Below are positions 40,132-50,847 of a stretch of 64,000 nt of DNA, piece by piece. Positions within the stretch are counted from its first letter, which is position 1. Each line of letters begins with the position of its first letter. The notes beneath the pieces were generated by a model. That model searched no databases. It was not told the DNA's origin and saw only the letters and a program-made list of their open reading frames with translations. The translations under genes were made by a program, and so were the position numbers. This DNA comes from Candidatus Bathyarchaeota archaeon (lineage in GTDB: Archaea > Thermoproteota > Bathyarchaeia > Bathyarchaeales > Bathyarchaeaceae): assembly GCA_963697165.1 (NCBI GenBank), contig CAVOMX010000012.1, positions 1 through 64,000 on the forward strand. The letters run 5' to 3'.

Positions 40132-41661
40132 ATGGACCCGATTGTGGAGCAGATGAATACTTTCTTTGAGCCGAATGCAGTTGCGATAATAGGTGCATCG
40201 CGCAGAACCATGAAGGCAGGGCATGTTATCTTCAAAAACTTTGTAATCAACAAACAAAGAAACCTCTTCAAAGCAAAACTGTATCCCGTTAACCCAAACG
40301 AAAAAACCATCCAAGGTTTCCCCTGTTTCTCCTCAATTCTGGACATCAAAGACGAGGTGGACTTAGCGGTTATAGTTGTTCCAGCCAATCTTGTTCCAAA
40401 AATTATGAAGGAAGTCGCCAAAAAGGGAGTGAAAGCGGCTGTAATAATCACTTCCGGCTTTAGTGAAGTTGGAAACCTCGAACTAGAAGAAGAAGTAACG
40501 GCAATCGGAAAAAAGGCGGGAATCCGTATTCTCGGTCCCAACTGTTTAGGCGTCTATGACTCCAAAACTGGCGTGGACATGCTGTTTCTACCCGAAACTA
40601 AGACTCTCACTACAGGAGATGAAGTTGTTGCCACGCCCCGCCCAATGGCAGGTCCCACAGCCATAGTAACCCAGAGTGGCGCCTTCGGCGCAGCCGCCTT
40701 GGATTATCTGGCAGGTAAACAGATGGGCGTAAGCAAGTTTGTAAGCTTTGGCAACAAAGCAGACGTAACTGCGTCAGACATGCTTGAGTACCTTTTGCAT
40801 GACGACAAAACGCATGTTATCCTCTTCTACTCTGAGAGCATAGACAACGGACGAGAATTCATGAAAGTTGCAAAGAAAGTCACCTGCAAGAAGCCTATTA
40901 TTGCTTTAAAGGTGGGAAAATCAGAGGCGGGAGCCCGTGCAGCAGCGTCCCACACAGGATCAATTGCTGGCTCTGACAAAATCTACTCCGCTGCATTCAA
41001 GCAGGTCGGCGTTCTAAGGGCAAATGACCTTGAGGAATTTTTTGACATGGGTAAAGCTTTGGTTTTTCAGCCTCCAGTTGCAGGAAATAATGTTGCAATA
41101 ATAACGGATGCGGGTGGACCTGGAATCATGGCTGTTGACGAGTGTGTGGCTCAGGGGTTGAACGTGAAACGGTTTTCTGAAGAAACTCTACAAAAATTTG
41201 AGGCACTTAAGCGAGAAGGAAAAATTCCACGTTTTGCAACTAACATGAATCCTGTTGACCTCACGGGTTCGGTGACGTCTGAAATGTTTGAGGAGGGCAC
41301 ACGAATTCTTTTCGAAGACCCTGAAATTAATGGCATCATTGTTTTGGGGTTGCATCATCTTCCAGCCCTGCAGGAGGACTTTGTTGACCTTGTGGCAAAC
41401 CTAAGAAACGATTACAATAAACCTGTTGTTGCTTGTGACGTGGGCGAAACTGAGATGGCTCTTCATATCCGTTCAAGGTTCGATAAGCTTGGTATTCCTT
41501 CCTATTTCTCTCCTGAAGATGCGGCTCGTGGCATGGCTGCCCTTGTCAAGTATGGTATGTATTTGAAGAAGTGTGGGCAGTTTGAGAATTACGTGGAGTC
41601 GTTCATGAAACGAAAGAACCTGCGTGAGAAACGAAAGAACAGTTGGACAAAGAAGGCTTAG
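40132..41661 (+). CDS. acdA: ADP-forming acetate/acyl-CoA ligase alpha subunit
   Basis: VAIIGAS, YPVNP, GPNCLG, QSGAFG, GNKAD, ASHTGS phospho-His, NPVDLTG. Confidence 0.93.
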   Translation: MDPIVEQMNTFFEPNAVAIIGASRRTMKAGHVIFKNFVINKQRNLFKAKLYPVNPNEKTIQGFPCFSSILDIKDEVDLAVIVVPANLVPKIMKEVAKKGVKAAVIITSGFSEVGNLELEEEVTAIGKKAGIRILGPNCLGVYDSKTGVDMLFLPETKTLTTGDEVVATPRPMAGPTAIVTQSGAFGAAALDYLAGKQMGVSKFVSFGNKADVTASDMLEYLLHDDKTHVILFYSESIDNGREFMKVAKKVTCKKPIIALKVGKSEAGARAAASHTGSIAGSDKIYSAAFKQVGVLRANDLEEFFDMGKALVFQPPVAGNNVAIITDAGGPGIMAVDECVAQGLNVKRFSEETLQKFEALKREGKIPRFATNMNPVDLTGSVTSEMFEEGTRILFEDPEINGIIVLGLHHLPALQEDFVDLVANLRNDYNKPVVACDVGETEMALHIRSRFDKLGIPSYFSPEDAARGMAALVKYGMYLKKCGQFENYVESFMKRKNLREKRKNSWTKKA

Positions 41662-42035
41662 GGCTGTTCTTTAAGCCAGCTAGCAACCTTGCTGAACAGT
41701 TTGCTGGTGGACATGTCGATGACGGGCACCATAATTCTTTCTTTTGTCTCTATTATTGCCCTGTATTGGGGCATGAGCGCGTAACTTACGAATGCCCAGT
41801 AAACTTTCTTTTCTTCGATGAGAGCTTTTGCGGCGATTTCGCTTGATGTGGGTAACGGATAGTAGATGAAGATAACTCCGTTTGCCCAGTAGAGTCCTGT
41901 TGGCTTTCCACCGACTGCAATGTTTGTAAATCGTGCCAAATCATCCACAGTTTTGAAACGGGTCTGCTCCATTATGATGATCTCTTTGAAGGATTCACCT
42001 TTAATCATCAGATCTTCCATACAGAATGTCTCCAC
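41658..42035 (-). CDS. Conserved hypothetical protein
   Basis: FKEIIIME..F..DDLARF, LYWANG; start uncertain. Confidence 0.7.
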   Translation of the reverse strand: METFCMEDLMIKGESFKEIIIMEQTRFKTVDDLARFTNIAVGGKPTGLYWANGVIFIYYPLPTSSEIAAKALIEEKKVYWAFVSYALMPQYRAIIETKERIMVPVIDMSTSKLFSKVASWLKEQP

Positions 42036-42149
42036 AAGACAGTTTCAGGTAGACCCCATAATAAGAATTTGGGTACAATATTGTATAGCTGTTTTATTTT
42101 TTTGACGAAAGAACCCTAAAAGAAGATGCATACAATTCTTGATATTTTG

Positions 42150-43171
42150 TTATGATGGGGCTGCTTTGGCGGGGATTTTTAGCCGTTTTTCGATTTCTCT
42201 GGCGAAGATGTTGGCTGCCTCGGACCTGTGCCTGTCAGTTATGACCAATTTTGGATTGCATCGTTCCACATACTCTAGCAGTTCATTAAAGTCAGAGTGG
42301 TCACTCAACGCAACAACGTACTCGTTTGCTCCGACCCTTCGGCACGGCTTCCTAAACTCCCAGCCACTCGCATAAATACGCAAGGCTTCTCCCTCGACCT
42401 TTTTCCGCGAATATGAGTGATAAAAGACGACGCAAGGTTCATTTTGGTTTAGCATTGATTGAGAATCTTTGTCAGTCAAATTGTAGAAGCTGTTTCCCCA
42501 GTTTCATTCCGTGCTGTTCACAAACCTTTGAAACATTGAAAATGTTTTCTGGAACAATAAAGGGCACCTTTATTTTTGCCTCGTAAAGTGATTCGCATCA
42601 TCTTCTGTAGCTTGCCATGATACCCAAAAAGGTATACTGGTCCTCGTTTCAACCCCTGCTCCACCAAAGAGACAAGCATGCCTTCGACCATCATGCTAAA
42701 CGGTCTGACGCGAACAGGGTCACCATAGGTAGCTTCCATGACCAGTATGTCCGTTTCTACTAGGGGTGTTCGGGAAAATCTGAAGTCGCTAGTGTATAGT
42801 ATCCGAGTCTGTTCCTTATCCTCGACAAGAGCCTGGGCTGTTCCCAAGATGTGGTCTGCATAATGCAAAGTTAATGTTTCATCCTCATACGTCAAGGCTT
42901 CCCCATAATCGAGAGTTTTCACGGTTCCCCTAGTTAACCAGCGGGGACCTTTCAGTGCGTCTATCAGGTCTCTTGTGGCAGGAGTCATAACCACTACTTC
43001 ACAGTTCTTTAGGCTCTTTCCTAGCCCAACCATATGGTCAGCGTGGGCATGAGTAACCACTCTTATTGGTCTAGACTCGCCGTAAGCGTCGCATGCAACG
43101 TGCTTTCCTAAAAGAACTGCACCCAACTTGGTCACATTAGCCTTTGAGTGAATACGCGACGCCTCAGACAA
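42150..43171 (-). CDS. MBL-fold/beta-CASP-like nuclease, frameshifted
   Basis: THAHADH, HILG, YTSDF, EATYG; second ORF LSDHSDF.EL..YV. Confidence 0.82.
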
Positions 43172-43331
43172 TTTCAGTTTCTCCGATCGACTGAAACTGT
43201 TTCTTATAGGAAGCTTTTAAAAGGTTCTTGAAATGTTTCTGCCTAAATCTGTCTGTTCCTCGTTTACGTTGGCTGTCCTCAAAGTTTTTTACTAAAAAAC
43301 GTTTGTCGGCTAAACATTTTTTGCATATTTA

Positions 43332-43934
43332 TTAGTCGTCTCTTGGACTTAGCATGCAGTCCACCATTTTTGGGCATACCAAGCACCCTTGAGGGATGGG
43401 CACGTCTTTTGGTCGGTTAGCCAAGTATCCGAAAGTTTGTGGGCAACCTGACGACGCGACTTCTTTGTTGATAGATGACTCGGGTTTCTGTTCCTCTTTA
43501 TTTGATTTCGGGTTCTGTTTTGTGGTTTATCTTTTTGCACTTCTTCTTTTGTGACTGCGGGTTCAGCTTTAAGTTGCTTTGTTTTCTCTTTCTTCTCTTT
43601 TTTGATGTCCGCTAGTGTTGGGAATCAAAGCTTTAACTTTCTTGAAGAAGTTGGGACCTGAATCTTTTACCTTTTCTAGAACAGTGTTTTCGGACTAGAA
43701 TTGTTGCTGTTTCCTCTTCTTCTTCTGTATCTGTTGCTTCTTCTTGTACAATGGTTGGTTCTGGAACTTGCTTCGTATGATGGACGCTTCTTGTTCCAGT
43801 TTGGCAAAGCAGTAGGGGCAAGCTTCGTACTGTTTTGGCGGTGTGACAGAGAGGATAGTTAATAGTAAGGGTTCTTCGACTTCCCTTTGACATCTTGGAT
43901 TTGGACAAACAACCACTACGGCTTCTTCCGTCAA
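43332..43934 (-). CDS. Hypothetical protein with two Cys clusters and a charged linker, frameshifted
   Basis: N-terminal CPNPRC...ACPYC; frame-corrected C-terminus GCPQTFGYLANRPKDVPIPQGCLVCPKMVDCMLSPRDD*. Confidence 0.6.
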
Positions 43935-44235
43935 TCTTACTGCATCTCGAATGTTCTTTGATAAATAGGCTCTGTTCAGGATATTTAGGTTTAATGAATC
44001 CAAAATCTAGACACCCAATATTCCACAAAAACGTTTTTTTCCGTTTTTAATCCCATTTTTGAGGCTTATTTTCTGTGATTAGAACAGGATTTTCCGAAGT
44101 TCCAACATTAACGTTCTACAATTCAATAAACGTAATAGCTAATTTTCTGATTAGATTTAAATCATTGGTAGCCTAAGTTTCTGTTTGAGGGCTTAATCAT
44201 CAATAAATTAGAAGTCTTTGTCTAGGTGAAATGTT

Positions 44236-45690
44236 ATGGTTTTGCGAGTTTTCAACACAATGAGCGGACAACTAGAAGAGTTTAAGCCATTACATGATAA
44301 GCAAGTAGGCTTGTACGTTTGTGGACCCACCGTCTATGACTGGGCTCATCTAGGTCACGCCAGAACATACATCGCCTTTGACGTTATTGTTCGCTGGTTG
44401 GAGTTTAAGGGCTACTCGGTCTTCTACGTTCAGAACATCACGGATGTGGGTCACCTGACCACAGACACATCTGAAGACAAAATTGGGAAAAGGGCGAAAG
44501 AACGGAGAGTTGAGCCCATGCAGTTGGTTGAATTTTACATGCGAGAATACTTCAAAGACCTCGATTCTTTGGACGTGAAACGACCAGACATTTCTCCCAG
44601 AGCCACAGGGCACCTCCTTGAAATGATTGAGGCAATCCAGTCTCTGATACAGAAGGGAATCGCCTACGAGGTTAACGGAAATGTGTTCTTTGACGTATCA
44701 AAACTGGATGACTACGGCAAACTGTCCAAGATTAAGATTGACGAAACGCTTGAGGGCTCCAGATTCGAGGTTCACCAAGATAAAAGAAATGCAAGAGACT
44801 TTGCGCTTTGGAAAAGAGCAACGCAAGACACTGTTCTCAAGTGGTGGAGTCCATGGGGTATCGGTTTTCCGGGGTGGCACATCGAGTGTGCGATTATGGG
44901 CTTGAAGTATTTGGGAAACCAGTTTGATATTCACGGTGGGGCTCGTGACCTGATTTTTCCTCATCATGAGAACGAGATTGCCCAGAGTGAGGCTATGACT
45001 GGAAAGAAGCCTTTTGTTAAGTATTGGCTGCATACGGGTTTTCTTAAGATTAATGGGGAAAAGATGGCTAAGTCGTTAGGGAACTACATAACTGTTCGTG
45101 AGGCGTTGAAGAAGTATTCTGCTGAGGCTATCCGTCTCTTTGTTTTGTCTACTCATTACAGGAGTGAGATAGATTTTACTGATGAGCGGCTAAAGGGTGC
45201 TGAAACCAGCTTGAATAGGCTCTATAACGCTTTGGAGTCTTTGGAGGATGCCAAGAATGTTTCGGTGAAACGAGAACCAAATACGGTTGAGCGTCTGTTT
45301 GGCGAGAATGTGGAGAAACTTAGGAGCGAATTTGTGAAGGCCATGGATGAAGATTTTAACACTCCGCAGGCGTTAGCTGCCCTCTTTGAGTTGTCGAAGG
45401 AGATTAACAGGTTTCTTGACGAACAGAAACAAGTGAGCACAAAGATTGTGGAACAAGTTTTTGACAATTTTTCGGAGCTTGGAAAAGCTTTGGGGCTCTT
45501 CCATAGAGAGAAGACCAAGGAAGTTAGCGGGAAGATAACTCATGATCTGGTGAAGCTTCTGTTCGATTTGAGAGAGGAGCTACGCAAGAAGGGAGATTAC
45601 GGCTTGTCGGATGATATAAGAGCTAGAATGAAAGAGTTAGGTTTGGTTATAGAGGATACTGCTGAGGGACCCAAGTGGAAGCTAGTTTAA
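44236..45690 (+). CDS. cysS: Cysteinyl-tRNA synthetase
   Basis: YVCGPTVYD.AHLGH, DFALWK, PGWHIEC, DIHGG..DL.FPHHENE, KMAKS. Confidence 0.98.
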   Translation: MVLRVFNTMSGQLEEFKPLHDKQVGLYVCGPTVYDWAHLGHARTYIAFDVIVRWLEFKGYSVFYVQNITDVGHLTTDTSEDKIGKRAKERRVEPMQLVEFYMREYFKDLDSLDVKRPDISPRATGHLLEMIEAIQSLIQKGIAYEVNGNVFFDVSKLDDYGKLSKIKIDETLEGSRFEVHQDKRNARDFALWKRATQDTVLKWWSPWGIGFPGWHIECAIMGLKYLGNQFDIHGGARDLIFPHHENEIAQSEAMTGKKPFVKYWLHTGFLKINGEKMAKSLGNYITVREALKKYSAEAIRLFVLSTHYRSEIDFTDERLKGAETSLNRLYNALESLEDAKNVSVKREPNTVERLFGENVEKLRSEFVKAMDEDFNTPQALAALFELSKEINRFLDEQKQVSTKIVEQVFDNFSELGKALGLFHREKTKEVSGKITHDLVKLLFDLREELRKKGDYGLSDDIRARMKELGLVIEDTAEGPKWKLV

Positions 45691-46869
45691 ACAATGTTTA
45701 CGACTCTGTTATCATTCATTTCAGCGGAGAACTTTGGCTCAAAAAGCTTTGGACCAGAAAATATTATGAGAAGCGTCTTGCCAGAAATCTTAAGACAAAC
45801 ATTGAAGCATTACAATGTTCCCTACAGCGAGCTTGTTCGTAGACACGGCAGATTCTACCTGAAAACGGATTCGGCAGTGGAGGCGGCGAATAAGCTGGCG
45901 CGTGTTTTTGGGATTTCTTCGGTTTCTCCTGCAGTTGAAACAAGTTCTAAACTTGAGGATGTAATCGAGAAAAGCCTGTTCGTGGCGGGTATCGCGTTAG
46001 AGGAGGGAAACAGTTTTGCTGTTAGATGTAAACGTGTTGGCAAACTAGAATATTCAAGTGCTGACGTCCGCAAATTGTTGGGTCAGAGGGTTTTGGATGA
46101 GTTTGGGGAGAAACTGGGATTAAGGGTTGATTTGGGTAATCCTGACGTTGTTTTAGGCGTTGAAATTAGGGATAACGAAGCTTTTGTTTATTCGCAGACT
46201 GTTGAGGCTGTTGGCGGTATGCCTCTTGGTGTTCAGCCGAAACTTGTTGGCTTGTTTAGTGGAGGAATAGATTCGGCTGTTGGGTGCTGGCTGGTTATGA
46301 AACGAGGCAGCCCAGTTGTGCTTGTTTATTTTGACAATAGTCCATTCACGGATGAAACCACAACAGAACGAGCCTATCGGGTTGCTGAGGTGCTGTTCAG
46401 TTGGGCTATTGGGTTTCCAAGAAAGGTTTACGTGGTTCAGCATGGCGAAAACCTGAAACAAATCATGCAAACTAACAGGAAATATTCGTGTTTGCTCTGT
46501 AAACGTATGATGTATCGGGTTGCTGAACGGCTGGCAGAACAGTTGAGGACTGAGGGAATCGTTACGGGAGAAGCCATAGGCGAGCAGGCTAGCCAGACCT
46601 TAACTAACCTGAGAGTGCTGGACTCTGTCGTTAAAAAATATCCTGTTCATAGACCTCTGCTGGGTTTTGACAAGCAAGAAACTGAGGCAATTGGAAGAAA
46701 GATTGGGACTTATGAGCCTTCGAGCAAGAAGGCGGCACCATGCACAGCAGTTCCCTATCAGCCATCTACAAAAGCGAAGATAGAAGAAGTTCTCAAGGCG
46801 GAGGAGAAGCTGGACATAGAAGCGATGGTTGAGCGGTCGCTGGAGTCAATCAAAATCGTTGAACTATAA
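45675..46869 (+). CDS. thiI: tRNA 4-thiouridine sulfurtransferase, frameshift near 45795
   Basis: Corrected N-terminus from GTG 45675 (VIIHFSGELWLKK..TR..YE.RL..NL), THUMP domain, SGGIDS PP-loop, CLLCKR.M, TGEAIG.QASQTL.NL. Confidence 0.9.
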
Positions 46870-46871
46870 AC

Positions 46872-47216
46872 TTAAGATCTGCCTTCTTTTTGTTTAAGCC
46901 ATTGTTCTGTTCCAACTTCTTTTCTTTTGAGGAGGTCGCTTTGTCGTGCAACAAGAGCCTTCTCTGCCTCTTCATCACTTAACTATGGGTCACCTAACGA
47001 CAAGAATGTTTCACAGGGTAGTTCACTGCATAAACCGCAATGCTCCAACTGTTTCGTGTTAACGCAGCAGTTGTATAGAGGGCATGATTCAACTTTCATC
47101 ATGGTGGTCCAAAATGGTTTGCCTTCTTGATTGCCGCATCCTCTACATTTTGTGTTTAAGTGTTCACAGGCGCCACAAAACAGTTCGCAAACGGCCGCCA
47201 AGTTTTTGTCAACCAT
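46872..47216 (-). CDS. DUF3795-like Cys-rich protein, frameshift near 46985
   Basis: AVCELFCGAC, CRGC, CPLYNCC, HCGLCSELPC; continues LSDEEAEKAL...R in another frame. Confidence 0.72.
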
Positions 47217-47302
47217 ATAATTTGCGCCCCTATCTTTGGTGGTGCTCACAAGTTTAATATGCAGTTTGTGCTTTCAAGAAAATGAAAGTGGTGGACTAAG
47301 TT

Positions 47303-47731
47303 ATGGAGTTTAAGGATTGTGTCAAGTTTGCTAACGAAAATCCAGTGAGTTATATTGTCAACGGTTGAAGGGTGATCAGCTGCAGGTAGAGGCTTTTTTA
47401 TGTGGTATGCTGATGAGTCTGGCTTTAATTTTCACACAGGTGCAATGAAACCGGTGTATAGTCAGTTGAAACAGAATCCTAAGGTTGAATTGTGCTTTTA
47501 CAATCCGAGATGAGAAGGATGGGGTTATGATGAGGGTAAAGGGAACTGTTGAATTCTTAAATGATGTAGAGTTAAAGGGAAAGTTGGTTGAAGAGAGGCA
47601 ATTTTTGAAAGCTTGAGGCTTTACTGCTGAAAAGCCCCGATTTAGTTATTTTCAGAATCTCCAAAGGCGAAGCCTATTTCTGGAATATGGAAACCAATTT
47701 TGAGGTTAAGAAAGCAATCAAATTCGGATAA
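47303..47731 (+). pseudogene. Pyridoxamine 5'-phosphate oxidase family pseudogene
   Basis: MEFKDCVKFANENP, TVEGDQ, FHTGAMKPVYSQLKQNPKVELCF, MRVKG.VEF; several shifts and stops. Confidence 0.75.
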
Positions 47732-48119
47732 AACTAGAAACGCAAACCAGCCAAACTTGTTATCGGCTTAGTTTGTGGATAAGAAAAACCGTTTATTTTG
47801 TGTGGCTTCATGCGGCTACGCAGACAGTCCACAATGTTTCTACTCTTCTACAGACGTCGCATCTGTGTTGTATCATGTAGCCTAATTCTTTGTCTACTTT
47901 CATTTCTGAATTACAGTCAGAACATTTCATTTCTTTATTCACCTCCAATTTTGTTTATCTAACCTTTCTGTGGTTAGTATTTCTTCAAGGGTTTCAATAC
48001 GTAAGCGAAAAATATATTCATATACCCCGTAAACTATATAGACTATAGAACTTCTCTGAACCAGCAACACCAACCAAACAACGAAAAAAGAAAAGTGAAT
48101 ATGCACCCCAAAAGCTGAC

Positions 48120-48288
48120 AGAATCGAGTTCAGACTGCTATGTGAGTTTACCTCCTCGTAAGCACCGACAATGACCGAGCCATCCACGTGTTCAAGAAAT
48201 CGGGTTTTGAAATAGAAGGAAAACTGTGGAAAGAAACTACGTCAACGGCAAATACAGAAACGATTACAGAATGGCACTTTTCATATAA
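48120..48288 (+). pseudogene. GNAT (RimJ/RimL-like) C-terminal remnant
   Basis: NDRAIHVFKKSGFEIEG...YVNGKYRNDYRMALFI*. Confidence 0.6.
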
Positions 48289-48376
48289 CCACTGATGGAC
48301 AAAAACAAAACTTGTTTACTTGTTGAAGTTGAATCGGTAAACTCCTTAAGTGCTCTTTCACAGTTAATGTTTAGTT

Positions 48377-49277
48377 ATGTCAGCCGTTAGTATTGCTGTG
48401 CGAGCCTTTCGTAAACTCGAACCTAGAAGACCTTCAGTTTACTGGAAGCCATAGAGCAGCAGATGAGAAATTATGAGTATGCACCAAAAGATGCAATCCA
48501 AAAGCAATCAGAGCTTCCGCTTTCAGAAATAGATTATCGATTACCGAATCTCACAAAAAATCGGCTATTGAAGGGTTGGCAAGGAAAATATCTTGGCTAC
48601 AGCCTCACAACAGCAGGATACGACACCCTAGCCATAAACGCCCTAGTGAAAGCAGACATAATCGAAGCCTTCGGCAAACCCCTAGGAGTAGGAAAAGAAT
48701 CAGACGTCTACAACGCCCTTGGACCAGATGAAAAGCAGTTGGCACTTAAATTCCATCGTATAGGCAGAACCAGCTTCAAAAAAACCAAACTCAAACGAAA
48801 CTACACGGTCAAATACAGCTACACTCCCGACTGGAACCACCAATCCAGAATCGCAGCCAAAAAAGAGTACGTTGCCCTGAAGCTGCTGTATGTAAGGGCG
48901 TGGCGGTTCCTGAGCCAATCAAACAGACCCGACACGTCTTGGTCATGAGCATGATAGAAGGCGCAGAGCTTTACCATTACCCCAAACTGCCAGACGCACA
49001 GACCGTCCTAAACGAGATACTTTTCAACATAAGAAAGACTTACCAAGACGTCAACATGATACATGGAGACCTCAGCCCATACAACATCATACTTCAGCCA
49101 AACATGCATATTCTCATAATCGACTGGCCACAAAACGTCTCCACAAAGCACCCAAACGCAAAGGAACTGCTAGAACGAGACATACAAAATGTTCTAACCT
49201 TTTTCCAAAGAAAATATGGACTAGAAACCAAGCTGCAAGATGCCCTAACTTACGTCACAGAAGATTCCGAAAACTAA
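48377..49277 (+). CDS. rio2: RIO2-type Ser/Thr kinase, frameshifted
   Basis: N-terminal wHTH (GYSLT..GYD.LA), GVGKESDVY, KFHRIGRTSF, IHGDLS.YNI, IDWPQ, L.RD. Confidence 0.9.
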
Positions 49278-49319
49278 CGTAACGACGCAAGATTGAACGA
49301 GTCCAGCAGCAGTATGGTC

Positions 49320-49562
49320 TTACTTTTCGTGAGGCATGTCGACACAGATGTACAGTATGTTGTTTCCTCTAAGGAGTATGCTTCCGTAGTTTGCAGTCAA
49401 TTGGTCATCAACACGCTCGGTAGCTTTCTCCAGCAGCACATTCATGTGGCTGTCACACCGAACCATTGTACCTCTATATTCAACTCCATTCTTTAGGACA
49501 ATAGCTACAAAACTGTTCAACTGTTTAGTCAATGCATTCAAGGGTTTTCTACTTGGCTCCAA
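49320..49562 (-). CDS. Sm-like archaeal protein (LSm/SmAP)
   Basis: Sm1 LKNGVEYRG....D.HMN.LL and Sm2 G.ILLRGNNILYI. Confidence 0.93.
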   Translation of the reverse strand: MEPSRKPLNALTKQLNSFVAIVLKNGVEYRGTMVRCDSHMNVLLEKATERVDDQLTANYGSILLRGNNILYICVDMPHEK

Positions 49563-49697
49563 TGAATCACCAGCAATAGACCTACTAACATAAGTGTCGA
49601 TTTATAAAAGTTATGAGCAAAGAATAAAAAGAAGAAACTGCTGATTGGAGCCGCTGCCCCAAAAGACAGCCTTACAGAACAAAAACCAGAACCGTTT

Positions 49698-50452
49698 TTA
49701 GCCCAGGATGTTCCTTAAACGTTTCATCAACAAGCTGTCGGATCCAGCTTCTCGTATGCTTCGGTGCTGAGAACATCATACCAGAAGGCTTTTGACACAT
49801 ATCCGTAAACGGGCTTGTCACATTTTATGAGATGCGGCAGCACTTCTCCCATCAGATCCAGTTCGGGTTTATCTCCCTTCAACTGTTTCATCACCTCAAG
49901 GGTCTCGCCCTTCAGTATGGAGATTCCTACACTCACTGGCTTTTCTAAAGTCGGCTTCTCCTCAAATCCCAGAACCTTTCCTTCCGAACTCAGATTTGCC
50001 AATCCAACTCGGACTTTGAAGCCCGATGACAATGCAACAGTACCCCACGCCTTTTTGTCTTTGTGATACTGCAGCAGGTCTGTGAGATTCATGTTTGTTA
50101 CGATGTCCCCGTAATATACAAACAAAGTGTCCTTTGGGCTCACCGCGCCCTTATTGTAGGCTGTCAGCACTGCACCTGCTGTTCCCTTTGAAGAAGCATC
50201 ATCTTCTACGTAGGTGATGTTCACACCAAATCTGGAGCCATCCTCAAAGTAATTCATGATCTGTTCTGATTTGTAGTTGACCAGAAAAACTAGGTCTTTG
50301 ATTCCGTGAAAACGGAACAGGCGAACCACATATTCTAGAAGCGGCTTCTGTTTCAATCCCACAGGAACCATAGTTTTCTGGATATAATTTGTAAGTGGTC
50401 TAAGGCGTGTGCCTTTTCCTCCACAAAGAACTATTCCCTTAACTTTGCTCAT
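49698..50452 (-). CDS. NDP-sugar pyrophosphorylase (nucleotidyltransferase family); C-terminal frameshift likely
   Basis: GGKGTRLRPLT, K.M.P, GTAGA, YGDI, EEKP, WYDV. Confidence 0.88.
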
Positions 50453-50505
50453 TTGAAACACTACCAAAATATGAAAGAAAAAGGAAGAAAATAGAGTTTA
50501 TGTTT

Positions 50506-50784
50506 TTACTCTGTTGTGCTCTCGGATTCAATCTCTTCGATTGGTCTCGGAGGCGGAGTAGTTCCCATTGTCCAGCCAATCCATGCTCCTATCGCTAGGA
50601 CTGCGACAAAAGCGATCAGCACTGGAACTGCAATCAACCAGAATTGGACGTCAGATGCAAGTCCCAAGTCAATAATTGGTTTAACTAACTGTTCGTAACC
50701 AAAGAGTGTGACAATGTATCCGACAATGACTACAGCACAGACCAGAAAGATTACCCATCCGATAGCTTGATCTTTACTAACCAT
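50506..50784 (-). CDS. Small two-TM membrane protein, DPM2/PIG-P-like pattern
   Basis: MVSKDQAIGWVIFLVCAVVIVGY...LIAVPVLIAFVAVLAIGAWIGWTMGTTPPPRPIEE. Confidence 0.7.
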   Translation of the reverse strand: MVSKDQAIGWVIFLVCAVVIVGYIVTLFGYEQLVKPIIDLGLASDVQFWLIAVPVLIAFVAVLAIGAWIGWTMGTTPPPRPIEEIESESTTE

Positions 50785-50847
50785 TCTATTATTCACCACG
50801 ATGTAGCCAACTCTATCTAGAACCATATTATAAGCTTTATTGTCAAA

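Noticed and set aside
41607..41640. 13-bp direct repeat GAAACGAAAGAAC at the acdA 3' end
   Set aside because: Too short and within a low-complexity Lys/Arg tail
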